Part shown: positions 19,721-31,355 of the stretch, one piece after another
Numbering within the stretch: the first letter of the stretch is position 1
How the letters are laid out: each line of letters starts with the position of its first letter
From: Amoeboaphelidium occidentale
Lineage: Eukaryota
Length of the DNA stretch: 64,000 bases
Direction: 5' to 3'
Assembly (NCBI GenBank): GCA_023515795.1
Contig: JALGPX010000014.1
Span: 62,001 to 126,000 of the forward strand
The notes under the pieces: model-generated
The model's input: only the letters and a program-made list of their open reading frames with translations
What the model was told of the DNA's origin: nothing
The model's database searches: none
Position numbers and translations under genes: made by a program

Positions 19721-21493
19721 ATGAACCAAAACGCACCGCAGACGCATTCGGATAATGTGCAAAGTATAGATCTCAATAAAAGAGCAAAACTCAATCTGGA
19801 TACGGGTAATTACAAACCGATGGATCTTATGCCACAACCACAACCAAACAGAAAGAAGGCAACTGAGCTAGAGTTGAAAGAAGAACCTCTTAAAGGCCCA
19901 GCTACTGATCAACCAGAACTACCGCTCAACACGATAGTGAAACGTTTTCATCATACAACCTCATCGTTTGTCGCAAGATGTTACTTATTCCCGTTGGTTG
20001 GAGACGGAATAGAGCGCGATCACGCCTTGCTCATGGTTGATGTTCTGAGATCAGTGAAACAGGTATTATTATGGTTCGCTACACATGAAAAGTCTCCGAG
20101 CTTCGAGTGGACTCTTATTAGGGCTAAATCTTTGGATTTGGTGAAGAAATGGAAACGAAGTGTAATTCTTAAAGCACACGAAATGACAAAGAACCGCGCT
20201 GTAGATTTTCGAGAAGAATCCAGAAAAATGATGGACCAGTTCATAGAGGAGTTCGAAGAGTTTGTGACTTTCCTCAATGCTCAATTAGGATACTACAACA
20301 AGACAAAATCATTAATGTCTGTTGATGATTATACATTAATGAGGAATAAGGTCCATGCATCTTCAAGAGCACAGTCTCGAGAGAAGAATCCAAAGATAGA
20401 TATACAAGAACAAGGATCCAGAATAGCAAGGTCGCGTTCAACTCCTCATATTTATCCAGACGATCAACCAAACAATTCTTCCACCGAGAAAACACATATC
20501 CAAACTGTTCTAGTACCATCACCAGATGATTCTGATACCGCTACCATCATTCCTGAAGTCACATCGCCAGTCGAATCAATCAAGACACTACATCGCCATT
20601 CAAATATTCGGCCTCGAGCGAGAACTGTTGAGTTTGAACACGAGAGTGAACCTTTGTCTCCAACTAAACTTTCGAAGCCTCAATGGGACATTAAGAAACT
20701 GTTTGATAATTTGCAAGAATTGAAACAGAAATATGAAGAAGATATCAATGAAAAGAAAGAAAAGCAGAAAATGCTTATAAACACAATCCGAAGATATTCC
20801 AAGGACGATCCAAATACTAATTATGTCAAGTTAGCATCTGCTCTTGATGCTGTTCTTCCTTCTGCTATTCTGCCTTCTGCTGCCACTGATTTATCTAAAT
20901 TTGACACTGGGAACTCTGTCAATGTTCCAATATCAGCTATTGATCCACATACATCAGGAACAAAATCTTTGTCGGCAGAACAGAATGCAGCACTGAAACG
21001 ATCCCACACTATTAATGTACCATCCAAAGCTGTGGCACCTTCATTGACACTTGTTATTCCCGACTACGTTCCTCCTCCCATTCCTAAACTAGAATCAGCA
21101 AAACTACGACCATCGAATTCTATGGACGTTATTGTGAAGGATAAGAAAACGAAAGCATTTAGTCCTTCAATAAGTGCACCGAATCTTGTGAACAAGGCTC
21201 AAAATGAAGTTATGGCCGCACCAGGAGACGGCAATCATAGATTCAGGAAGGTTGCTCTATTAGAAGATATTAGACATTCATTTAGAACTCTATTCAGTCG
21301 GACAGACAAGAAAAAGCTTGTGAAGGGAGTTGATTTCAAATCAACAAAGAAATATGAAGGCCATGAGAAATGTCAAGTCTGCGAGGACCGCTTTTCTTTT
21401 GGTGGCGGTAAAGTTAAATGTGTTCAATGTGATTTGATCGTTCATCAAAAGTGCAGAGAGAATGCGGATCTTGGTTATTTTGACTGCTTATAG
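19721..21493 (+). CDS. Hypothetical protein with C-terminal C1 (Cys-rich, DAG-binding-like) domain
   Basis: 590 aa; CQVCEDRF...KCVQCDLIVHQKC...C at the C-terminus. Confidence 0.6.
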   Translation: MNQNAPQTHSDNVQSIDLNKRAKLNLDTGNYKPMDLMPQPQPNRKKATELELKEEPLKGPATDQPELPLNTIVKRFHHTTSSFVARCYLFPLVGDGIERDHALLMVDVLRSVKQVLLWFATHEKSPSFEWTLIRAKSLDLVKKWKRSVILKAHEMTKNRAVDFREESRKMMDQFIEEFEEFVTFLNAQLGYYNKTKSLMSVDDYTLMRNKVHASSRAQSREKNPKIDIQEQGSRIARSRSTPHIYPDDQPNNSSTEKTHIQTVLVPSPDDSDTATIIPEVTSPVESIKTLHRHSNIRPRARTVEFEHESEPLSPTKLSKPQWDIKKLFDNLQELKQKYEEDINEKKEKQKMLINTIRRYSKDDPNTNYVKLASALDAVLPSAILPSAATDLSKFDTGNSVNVPISAIDPHTSGTKSLSAEQNAALKRSHTINVPSKAVAPSLTLVIPDYVPPPIPKLESAKLRPSNSMDVIVKDKKTKAFSPSISAPNLVNKAQNEVMAAPGDGNHRFRKVALLEDIRHSFRTLFSRTDKKKLVKGVDFKSTKKYEGHEKCQVCEDRFSFGGGKVKCVQCDLIVHQKCRENADLGYFDCL

Positions 21494-21532
21494 GCACATG
21501 AAACAAAATTAAGTTCAATAGATGAATGTTTA

Positions 21533-23092
21533 TTAGAACTTTTCTGCATAGAAATCTAGTTTAAAGTTATCTTCAGAGTGTGCCGTTACTGTATTCCTCA
21601 AGCTTTTTCTAAAGTTGTATGGCCCGCAAAAGAAGATTCCGGCCGTATGTGTCCTTCGTGGATGAGATTGTCTTATACTTTCTTTGATTTGCTTAAGGTA
21701 TACATCAAAGTTCGGTCTACCGAAAGTTGTCTTACTTCGCAATTGAGTTATTGGATCCAAACAATTGTCGTTTTTCAAGGATGCTGCGTGCACATGATCT
21801 TGATCCACTTCTCCAGTCATGTGTATGTGGATTTTCAAGAATCCATCTTGACATTCCTGTTCCATCACTTTCAATAAGTTTTGAAACCATTCAAAACTGT
21901 TTGCTGCTCGGCTAACCCAGAATAAGTGTAAAGTCTTCACTTTTTGGCCAGATTCAGGATCATAATGATTAAACCAAAGATGTTTGAGAATTGAGACATA
22001 AGGTGTTATCCCCACACCACAAGCAACAAGGACAACATGCTCGTAATCGACAACTTGTTGTGTAGGCGTTCCAAAGGGACCATCAATTAGAATAGGAGGT
22101 AAAGTTGTGACTGGAAGATCAGGAACTGGATCGTAGTAACCTATTTCAGCCGCTACAGCCTTTGACCAGTCTCCACGGATCTTGACATGAATAGAAAGGA
22201 AATTTTCGCCCGGACAAGAACTCAGTGTGTAAGGATGCCATTCAAACTTTCGAACATTTGGAAAATTAACAAAGACATACTGACCAGTCTCGTAACTGAA
22301 TTGCGGCTTCTTAAATTGAATTTCAAAAGTATCTCCAGGATGCTTGATGATTTTTGATATGTAAGTTCTTTCCCTTGATCTTGCAAACCGCAAAACCCTC
22401 TCGATAGCATAGAAAATAAGGGGTATCATAAGAAGCCTATAAGTACCATATGGCTTACACGATCCATCTTCCTTCTTGACAAAACAGCCAGAGGAATGAA
22501 CGCATTGTATAATCAGTCCAAGTATTCCAAGATGATGCGTGTACCAAAACATTTCAAAGCAATGTGTTCTTATAGCTTGCATCGCGCTTGTATAAACCAA
22601 AAAGAAGAATACCACCATTAAAACTCCAGTAATACCTGCAGGATGCGTATAGAGTAAATACAATGCTGTTTTCCCAGGTCCAAGAATCTCGAGATTCTCC
22701 ACTTGCTTGAAGTTGAACAAGTGGGCAAATATATGAACCATGGAAAAGGAAAAGTAGGTCCATGCAACGATTTTGTGGAAATGAATATTCTTGTCGAATT
22801 TGATATAACCTCTCACAAACTTGAAATTCCTCATGGATGACAATATGTTCCGACATACTGGAAGCAGAAGGAAGAATGCATCAAATATCAAAACAAGTCC
22901 AGCCCCTCTAGAAAAGTAAATACTTGTACCGATAGGCGCGTTAAGGTGCAAAAGTGCAGGATCATTCATCTGTTCCAGATATCCAAGCATGAACACTGCA
23001 ACATTACATATGATCCACCATAGCAAGAACAGCCCAGCTCTCCACCCAGTGACTCCAAGAGTTAAAATGCTTCGTAATGACATTCCTCTCAA
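21533..23092 (-). CDS. NADPH oxidase catalytic subunit (gp91phox/NoxA-B family)
   Basis: LLPVCRN, heme His motifs FHKIVA, HIFAH and YTHH, FAD site EWHPYT, DGPFG, GVGITP, GRPNF, FFCGP, terminal EKF. Exact start uncertain. Confidence 0.92.
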   Translation of the reverse strand: MRGMSLRSILTLGVTGWRAGLFLLWWIICNVAVFMLGYLEQMNDPALLHLNAPIGTSIYFSRGAGLVLIFDAFFLLLPVCRNILSSMRNFKFVRGYIKFDKNIHFHKIVAWTYFSFSMVHIFAHLFNFKQVENLEILGPGKTALYLLYTHPAGITGVLMVVFFFLVYTSAMQAIRTHCFEMFWYTHHLGILGLIIQCVHSSGCFVKKEDGSCKPYGTYRLLMIPLIFYAIERVLRFARSRERTYISKIIKHPGDTFEIQFKKPQFSYETGQYVFVNFPNVRKFEWHPYTLSSCPGENFLSIHVKIRGDWSKAVAAEIGYYDPVPDLPVTTLPPILIDGPFGTPTQQVVDYEHVVLVACGVGITPYVSILKHLWFNHYDPESGQKVKTLHLFWVSRAANSFEWFQNLLKVMEQECQDGFLKIHIHMTGEVDQDHVHAASLKNDNCLDPITQLRSKTTFGRPNFDVYLKQIKESIRQSHPRRTHTAGIFFCGPYNFRKSLRNTVTAHSEDNFKLDFYAEKF

Positions 23093-23268
23093 ATAACAAA
23101 TCCATTACCATCATTAAGTCATTATAAAACCAAAGATCTGAGACATGGTTTGAGTTTGGTCCAATCAGCATGTCAGTATAAATCATGTCGTGATATTTAT
23201 CAACCCGGATAATGACAAAAAACAAGGGACAAATAGTGATATCGGAACTTTGACGACTGCTTTTGAGT

Positions 23269-26244
23269 TTATTCCTGGTTGTCAGGGTCCACCGGTGGAC
23301 ATGAGCAGAATAAGTGACGATCACCATAAGTATCATCTAGACGTCCTGTAGTTGGCCAGAACTTACCTCTTGACCCAGAGCGCAAACTCTTAAGTGGATA
23401 TGCTGCTCTTTCTCGAGAATAAGGTTTATCCCACTTATCTGACATGATAACTTCAATAGGATGGGGAGCGTTGACTAGAATGTTGTTGTCCTTTGGTTGT
23501 TTTCCTTCTTCAACTTCTCTTATTTCCTCCCTAATAGCAATCATTGCATCACAAAATCTATCCAATTCAGTTAAAGGTTCCGATTCTGTTGGTTCAATCA
23601 TCAGGGTGTTTGTTACTGGCCAAGACATTGTTGGAGGATGGAATCCATAATCTTGCAATCTCTTTGCAATATCGACACCTTCAATTCCAAACTGAGAGAA
23701 TGGACGCGCATCGAGAATAAATTCATGAGCACATAAACCATTCTTGTTTGTATACAAAATCTTGTAGTGCTTTGCCAAACGAGAAGCCATGTAATTCGCA
23801 TTGAGAATCGCCATCTTAGTAGCATTTGCAAGTCCTTCACTTCCCATCATTCTGATATAACTCCAAGAAATAGGCAAAATCGAAGCTGAACCAAAAGGAG
23901 CTGCAGAAATAGGATCAATAGCCAACTCTCCTCCTGCCTTTACTACAGGATGACCTGGTAAGAAGGGAACCAAGTGTTGCTTAACTCCGATAGGGCCAAC
24001 GCCAGGACCGCCACCACCGTGAGGAATACAAAAGGTCTTATGTAAGTTCAAGTGACATACATCAGCTCCATAATCTCCAGGCCTACAGATGCCAACCTGC
24101 GCATTCATATTCGCACCATCCAAGTAAACTTGACCACCTGCTTCATGAACCATCTTACAAACATCTTCTACACCTTCATCAAAGAAACCATAAGTAGAAG
24201 GATAAGTGATCATGATAGCAGCCAGATTTGGTCCATGTTGCGCCAACTTCGCTTTCAAGTCATTGAGCTCTAAATTTCCTCTAGAATCACACTTGACAGG
24301 AACGACATCCATGCCAGCCATAAAGGCGGAAGCAGGATTTGTACCATGAGCCGAAATAGGAATTAAGCAAATGTTTCTGTTCTTCTCGCCAATCGACTCA
24401 AGGTAAGCCTTGATAACTCTTAGACCGGCATACTCTCCTTGAGCTCCAGAATTAGGCTGTAATGAAACACCATCGAATCCAGTAATATCAGACAAAACAT
24501 GTTCCAAATCTTGCATCATAGTGTGGTAACCTTCAGCTTGATTAATTGGAACAAAAGGGTGTAACTTTGCAAATTCAGGCCAAGTAATAGGTAACAACTC
24601 AGTAGTTGCATTGAGTTTCATAGTACACGAGCCAAGTGGAATCATAGCATGAGCCAGAGACAAATCTTTGGATTGTAATCTGGTGATATATCTCAACATT
24701 TCAGTTTCGGAATGATACTTGTTAAAAACTTCATGAGTCAAGTAAGGCGTGGTTCTCAAGAACTGTTCAGGAATACCAGCAGGCTTATCAAGAGAGATAT
24801 GTAAATCTTCAGCAATCTTATCTAAATCCGGAACAGCCATTGGTTTTGTGTCACGACCTTCAATTGCAGAAGGCTCTGCAAAGACCTCGAGAAGTTGCTG
24901 TAAGTCAGATTTTGTAGTGCTTTCATCGATGGAAATACCAATAGTGACGTTATCAATATGTCTGACATTAATACCACGAGCTTCAGCTTTGGAAATAAAT
25001 TCTTGACTTGGCATTTTTAAGCTAATGGTTAAAGTATCAAAGAATGTTTCGTTCTTAATAGTATGCCCAAGCTTCTTCACAGCTTCAGCAAAACAGAAAG
25101 TCATATTGTGAACTCTAGTAGCAATATTCTTTAAACCAGCTGGTCCATGATAAACAGCATACATTGCAGACATATTTGCTAACAGAGCCTGTGCGGTACA
25201 AATGTTGCTTGTTGCCTTTTCTCTTCTAATGTGCTGTTCTCTTGTTTGCAAAGATAAACGATATGCTCTTTTTCCTGATGAATCCTTGCTAACACCGATT
25301 AAACGACCAGGCATTCTCCTCTTGTGTTCATCTTTACATGCAAAGAATGCAGCATGAGGACCACCGTAACCCATAGGAACACCGAATCTTTGACTGTTTC
25401 CGAAAGCAATATCAAAGCCGTATTCACCAGGTGATTTCAACAGTGTCAAAGCGAGTAAGTCAGTTGCGCAACAAATCTGAGCACCACAATCATGTGCCTT
25501 CTTAATATACTCTGCAGGATCTAAAATTCTTCCATCTGTTGTCGGATATTGTAAAAGCACACCACAAAGCTGGTCCTTGTTTGCCTCAAAGTCAAAGTCT
25601 GCAACATTACCAACGACAACTTTAATGCCAAACCCTTCAGCTCTTCCCTTGATACAAGCAATTGTTTGAGGATGTACATCAAGGTCCACAACGAACAACT
25701 TTCTAGCTCTTTTCAAAGCAGAAAAACACATAAGCATCGCTTCAGCTGCGGCAGTTCCTTCATCTAACAACGAAGCGTTCGCGATACTCATACCAGTCAA
25801 ATCAGTAACCATAGTTTGGTAGTTCAACAGAGATTCCAAGCGACCCTGAGATATTTCAGGTTGATAAGGCGTGTACTGAGTGTACCACAACGGATTTTCA
25901 AGAATGTTTCGTTGCAAGACAGCTGGAGTCAAAGTGTCATAGTAACCCATACCAATGTAACTCTTGTAAAGCAAATTACGGCTGGCCATATTCTTCAACC
26001 TTTGAATAATTTCATTCTCAGGAATGCCGTCACCAACTTTAAGTTCTTGTTTAACTAAAATCGATGATGGCACAGTTTTAGCGATGAGCTCATCCATAGA
26101 GGACAGCTTCAACTGCTTAAGCATGGCCTTGACTTCGCTTTCATTGGAGCCCAAGTGACGCTTCTCAAAAGAGTCAAGTGGCTCATAAATGCTCTTCTTC
26201 AAAGAAGCCAAGTTTCTTTTGAAGATTCGGGCAACAAATTTCAT
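23269..26244 (-). CDS. GCV2: Glycine decarboxylase P protein
   Basis: YTPYQPEISQGRLE, REKATSNICTAQAL, HLNLHKTFCIPHGGGGPG. Confidence 0.97.
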   Translation of the reverse strand: MKFVARIFKRNLASLKKSIYEPLDSFEKRHLGSNESEVKAMLKQLKLSSMDELIAKTVPSSILVKQELKVGDGIPENEIIQRLKNMASRNLLYKSYIGMGYYDTLTPAVLQRNILENPLWYTQYTPYQPEISQGRLESLLNYQTMVTDLTGMSIANASLLDEGTAAAEAMLMCFSALKRARKLFVVDLDVHPQTIACIKGRAEGFGIKVVVGNVADFDFEANKDQLCGVLLQYPTTDGRILDPAEYIKKAHDCGAQICCATDLLALTLLKSPGEYGFDIAFGNSQRFGVPMGYGGPHAAFFACKDEHKRRMPGRLIGVSKDSSGKRAYRLSLQTREQHIRREKATSNICTAQALLANMSAMYAVYHGPAGLKNIATRVHNMTFCFAEAVKKLGHTIKNETFFDTLTISLKMPSQEFISKAEARGINVRHIDNVTIGISIDESTTKSDLQQLLEVFAEPSAIEGRDTKPMAVPDLDKIAEDLHISLDKPAGIPEQFLRTTPYLTHEVFNKYHSETEMLRYITRLQSKDLSLAHAMIPLGSCTMKLNATTELLPITWPEFAKLHPFVPINQAEGYHTMMQDLEHVLSDITGFDGVSLQPNSGAQGEYAGLRVIKAYLESIGEKNRNICLIPISAHGTNPASAFMAGMDVVPVKCDSRGNLELNDLKAKLAQHGPNLAAIMITYPSTYGFFDEGVEDVCKMVHEAGGQVYLDGANMNAQVGICRPGDYGADVCHLNLHKTFCIPHGGGGPGVGPIGVKQHLVPFLPGHPVVKAGGELAIDPISAAPFGSASILPISWSYIRMMGSEGLANATKMAILNANYMASRLAKHYKILYTNKNGLCAHEFILDARPFSQFGIEGVDIAKRLQDYGFHPPTMSWPVTNTLMIEPTESEPLTELDRFCDAMIAIREEIREVEEGKQPKDNNILVNAPHPIEVIMSDKWDKPYSRERAAYPLKSLRSGSRGKFWPTTGRLDDTYGDRHLFCSCPPVDPDNQE

Positions 26245-26263
26245 TGGTCAGAAATAAGGTTTA

Positions 26264-26812
26264 TTATTGCCATGTGTTTGAACTTGGAATTGGCGGTGCA
26301 GAGGGCTTTTGCATACCCTTCTTTATCATAACTCCTACGAAAGCGAATACCACCATAACGATAAGTATCGACAGAGCAACAATCACGCCAGAGTTCACTT
26401 GATCAGATTTTCTTACAGTCTCAAATATGTAACCATAAAGTGCGATAAAGAACGTACTCAGAGCAACACCCATCCATATTAAATAGTCACCATAAGTCAA
26501 GATCAGTCTCTGTAGCAACGGTCTATTCTCCTCTCTAATCCACCACGCTTTGTTGGGTACATTGAGGTACTTGTGAGGGATCTTATGAATGATAAGACCA
26601 AAAAGAACAAAGAACCATCCGATTGTAAGGGATAAAGCTGTAAAAGTCGAAACAGCTTCTGATCTTGTAGTGAACATATCAGGATTTCCATTGGTATCAA
26701 AGTGAATAGGAACCTTGTCTGGCAGTTCAGATGAGAAGAATGAAGCCATTGTGATGATCACACCTGCAAGAATGACCATCATAATTAAGCCATATACTCG
26801 TAGGTGGCGCAT
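26264..26812 (-). CDS. DUF1648-like membrane protein
   Basis: LPDKVPIHFDTNGNPD after a TM helix, LNVPNKAWW, four hydrophobic segments. Confidence 0.65.
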   Translation of the reverse strand: MRHLRVYGLIMMVILAGVIITMASFFSSELPDKVPIHFDTNGNPDMFTTRSEAVSTFTALSLTIGWFFVLFGLIIHKIPHKYLNVPNKAWWIREENRPLLQRLILTYGDYLIWMGVALSTFFIALYGYIFETVRKSDQVNSGVIVALSILIVMVVFAFVGVMIKKGMQKPSAPPIPSSNTWQ

Positions 26813-26984
26813 TACTTTGCAGAAATGAGGTGAAATCTATAAATAGCATTGATTCATCAGTGGTGTCTGCTTGAGGGCCAGAACGTTCAACAATGCGCTC
26901 AAGTGAGATCAAATTAATGTGATGCGCTAAATACTTTCTTGCTTTACTCGAGGTTGCGATTACAGATTATTTTTTTTGATCAAG

Positions 26985-28883
26985 ATGGAACAATTCAACA
27001 CGGAAGAGGAAGAACTTGCACCGAAGGAAAATTTGCCGATGGTATTTCCGTTTGAGTACAAACATTATTACGTTCGTAAATGCTACAAATCCCTCTATAA
27101 GCTCATAATTGACGCGCTGTCTGCTGATTCATTACCCAAAACGTATATAACGGTAACTGGAACTCCTGGAGTTGGAAAGTCAGTATTCTATAATTATGTT
27201 TTCAGAAGATTACGAGAGGCTGATCCGGAAAAGGTTATAATCGTGGCTACTTTTGACAAAAGACAGCTGCAAGAAGCGTATATTTTTAGCAAAGAGGAAA
27301 ATGGCAGACGCCTGGATGAAGCAGAATTTGATCTGAGTGCAACAAAATATCCTTCTTCAGTTCACCTATATGACGCTGCTCCGAAAGTTAAGATTAGCGA
27401 ACTACAGGGAAGCAAGATGATCACATTTACAAGTCCCAACGCTAGCTGGAAAAATTCGATGAGAAAAGTCGGCAACCACAAAACGTTTTATGTAGATTTA
27501 TGGACACTGGAAGAGCTGAAAATTGCAAAAGATTTGATAGCCGAACTAAAAAGTATTGATGACGAGACATTACGCAAACGTTTCATCAAGTTTGGAGGAG
27601 TAGCTAGATACACTCTTTGCAGCGAGGACGTTTATTCGAATGGAGAAGAAGACTTGAAAAATGCGATAAAACAAACGAATTCACTTAATGATCTGATGAG
27701 ATATCTTGATTTAGACAACGTTTACCCAACCGGAATTTCACATCGCTTGATTTATTTTGTTCCTGAAACTAATCGCACGTCCTATAAGCTAGACTTTGGA
27801 TCAGTTGAAATATTTGTTATGATCGATGAGCGACTGAAGAAAGTCATTCATGATGATCGATTGAAGTTGATGTGGCAACTTGAAAAAAACAGCAAGTGTA
27901 GCGTGTTTCGAGGATGGCTGTTTGAAGGTGAGGTTCATGACGTTTTATCAAAGGGAGGAAACTTTTCATGCAGACCACTGAAATCTGCTTCTAGCAAGAT
28001 TAATGAACAAAATGTGACTTTGACAATTAATAGTNAGACTTTGGATCAGTTGAAATATTTGTTATGATCGATGAGCGACTGAAGAAAGTCATTCATGATG
28101 ATCGATTGAAGTTGATGTGGCAGCTTGAACATAACAGCAAGTGTAGCGTGTTTCGAGGATGGCTGTTTGAAGGTGAGGTTCATGACGTTTTATCAAAGGG
28201 AGTAAACTTTTCATGCAGACCACTGAAATCTGCTTCTAGCAAGATTAATGAACAAAATGTGACTTTGACAATTAATAGTGAATGCGAGATTAAACCATTA
28301 AAAACAAGAGAAACCTTGAACGAAATATTCGCAAAAATGTATTTAAAACCAGACATCTCCAACTTTGCTTCACTGGATTCTTGCTACTTTGATGATAAAG
28401 AGTCAATATTATGGGGTTTTTCAAAGTACTCTGTCTAGACAGCATCCTATGAAAACAAAAGGTTTACTGGAAATTCTTAACGTACTTGGGAAGTTAGAAG
28501 AATTTAAGAATGATTTGATTTCGTTGCGAATTGTATTTGTTGTACCTAGCAGAATTGAAGCATCTTATACTCTGCAACAAATTTTAACGGAAGCCAGGGT
28601 TCCGTCTCGTGAAGAATTAAAGGATACATTTACTATAAAAGGAGTTGGCGAGAAGAGGAAATCAACGCTAGAAAAAAAAGGAATTACTGGTGACAAAACT
28701 CTTTACGATGCTGTAAAAAAGCGCCAAACAGAAAACTATTCATGCATTAAAGTAGCAGCTGAGAAATTTGTCGCTGATGTTGATAAACAAGAATTGAGCT
28801 TCGAACTTGAAACAAAGTTGAAAAACACCCAGCAATTCGTTCTAGGTTTGGATCTTGACTATGAGAAAAACAGTAAAGATTAA
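26985..28883 (+). pseudogene. Crinkler/RHS-like P-loop NTPase + restriction-endonuclease-fold protein with HhH-like tail; frameshift near 28415
   Basis: VTGTPGVGKS, HLYDA, WTLEEL, FGGVARY, ISHRL, GWLFE, PDISNFASLDS, then FQSTLSRQHP in a shifted frame; IKGVGEKR. Gap overlap at 28035. Confidence 0.7.
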
Positions 28884-28982
28884 ATAACGAAGCACGGAGG
28901 CAATTAATTTAAATCTTTCTAACAACCACGTCCAAAGAAATTCACTTGGAATAAATCATTCACTTTTAAATTGTATTTTTGA

Positions 28983-30227
28983 ATGTGTGAAAGAATCTCC
29001 ATCCCAATTCCATACGATCTGAGATTCGTACCTCATAATTTTTCGAAAGAATGGAAATCCGATGGTTTCCTTGAGACACAGAGCGCACTAGATGTGTGGA
29101 ATAATGTGCAAAAAGCTGTTAATGATGATCTTCATCCTGGTTTGTATTTAGACGGTCCTGTGGGTATTGGTAAGAGCTCGATTATGTACTATGATGTTCA
29201 CAACGCTCGTCAATTAAAATGGTTTGTTATTTACATTCCGCGTTGTGGCTCGTGGATTTTAGACAGCCTAATACTCAAAACCGGCTGGTTTGAGTATTTT
29301 TTTGATGCTGTGCTGGCAGGTCTTGAATTTGTCAATCCTCAGATCCGAAAGAAATACGAATACTGTTTTCCACCGGAAAACTATTCCACTTGGTTTGACG
29401 CAGATATTGACCAGAAAGTGACATTGAAGTTCTTGGAGGGCCTGTTGGATCGTCTGTGTTGCGATTTACTCGAGGAGAATGATGTTGAAGTTCTTGTTGC
29501 GATAGATGATTCACAGGAGTTGTTTGAAAGTCACGAGAACCTGTTGAACACTCCGCCATTTACAATGATCAATCGGTTGGAGAACTTAAAGAAGGGATGC
29601 GTATTTGTTACTGGCATTTCTGAGACACAGTATCGTTGCAATCTTGGAGGTGGTTATGAACAAAACAAACTAATCATTGGTTGTCTTTCAGATGATGAAG
29701 TCAAGACTTGGTTTGAGATGCCCCAGTTTGCAAATATCGCTAAACATCCTGAGTTCAACGAAGACATAATTCCCGAAATAAGATTTATCACTGGAGACAG
29801 CCCAAGGGAGTTGGTTATGTTGAACGATAGGTTCGGCCAATGCAATGATTCTACACTCAATGAAATATTTAGAACGTTTAGTAGCGACCGCATGCACTTT
29901 TATGAATTATGGTTTAACAGGTTAACAAAGGGTTACCCCGACATGCCGCAAGTCTATAGGTCTCTCATCAAATTCTTCACAGAAGTTTACATCACGAAAG
30001 ACGATATTTATTTGAAACTCTTTGAAACTGGGTTAGTTTGCATCAATGAAGGTCGCGTTACACCGCTCAATTCAAACGTTTCGAAGGTCTTTTTCAAAAT
30101 TCTGAATCTCTCTGAAAGAGCAGAGTTGGACCTTGCAGTCCAGGAAGAGTTGAAGCAACTGGAAACTGGTGATAAAAGCAAGAATTGGGGTGGCATCAAC
30201 CAGCATCGAAAAATATCCTTTGAATAA
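28983..30227 (+). pseudogene. Second Crinkler-type/DAP3-like P-loop NTPase, probably 3'-truncated
   Basis: GLYLDGPVGIGKS, WFVIYIP, VLVAIDDSQ, TGDSPREL; no downstream nuclease domain. Confidence 0.55.
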
Positions 30228-30337
30228 AGTTCAGGCTGGTCAGACTCTTCAAACACGTTTTAAAACTTTTGTTCCGCGGAATCAAAACAAGCTAAACCAA
30301 CTGTTGCAAAAAAGAAATGTCCCTTCAGAGCCTACCN

Positions 30338-30530
30338 AATATTATGATCAAGAATTTGGAATCAAGTGGATACAAACTCGTGAGCCTTCGGGCCTGTAGG
30401 CTACTACCAGCGAAAGCTGCAGAACCGGTAACAAGTTTATCAGGTTAAAGTAGCAGGTAATTTTTATTTTTTACTATCTAATTCTGAATGCTGCGCGTCG
30501 GCTTGACAAGCCGGCTTGCGGCAATCTTAG
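30338..30530 (+). mobile_element. Third Fanzor right end (starts at a gap)
   Basis: Matches about 18803-19004; ends ATCTTAG followed by unique flank TAGGCGAACATC. Confidence 0.9.
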
Positions 30531-30582
30531 TAGGCGAACATCACGCCAGTTGGTAAAGCCTCTGGAAAAATCATATTCGCTT

Positions 30583-31311
30583 CTATTTGAGCTGTTTAGG
30601 TGTCTCATAAACGTTGAATAAACTGCGATCCTTCATAGACTTTTCTGCATGTGCGACTGCATCTTTAATTCTCTGAGGATATTGATATTTTTCAGAATTA
30701 AGAACATCGTTCAGCTTCAAGGCTTTCAAATGTGCAGCCATCGCATCAAATTCTACAGCTGAAAGATCTGTCTTATCCACAGGCGGTAATTTTGATAAAT
30801 CGACCAATTCGAAGTGTCTTTTGCCGTCTACACCACGGACATAAACGGAGTCATTGCGCCAGCCTTCTGACACTTTACTTCTGAACTCTAAATCAAACGT
30901 GTCAGAGTTTTTCTTGTCGACTTCATTGGGATTCCATTCAACCACGCTAATAACGTTGCGATTCCTCACAGGATCTCTAGAAAAATGAACATATCCGGGC
31001 ATTAGCGCGTATATCGAGAAATCTCTTCCCAAAGCGACCTATAATAAACTGAGTTAAAGGACATTATAAAATCTTTTGCGTACATTTCGTCCGGGATGGT
31101 TCTTTGTGCCGTGTTGCTTAACGATCACGTTTCCTGTTTCCACGTATTCGCCAGGATACTTCTTTAAACCTAATCTTTTCCCTTCAGGTCCACGCTTTTG
31201 TCGCGCTTTAGCTGCTGCAGATTTCTTAGTGGCAAATCTCTTTGAATTTTGAAGAACGACTGAGAGTATTGTGTTGCTAGAAGTTCTTGAAGTGATCGAA
31301 GCAGCGAACAT
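30583..31311 (-). CDS. MRP7: Mitochondrial ribosomal protein bL27m; intron 31039-31083
   Basis: [32 protein letters not shown] spliced to [17 protein letters not shown]. Confidence 0.88.
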
Positions 31312-31355
31312 GATTATCAAAAATTGAAAGATAACACAATTCTTAACAGTACAGT

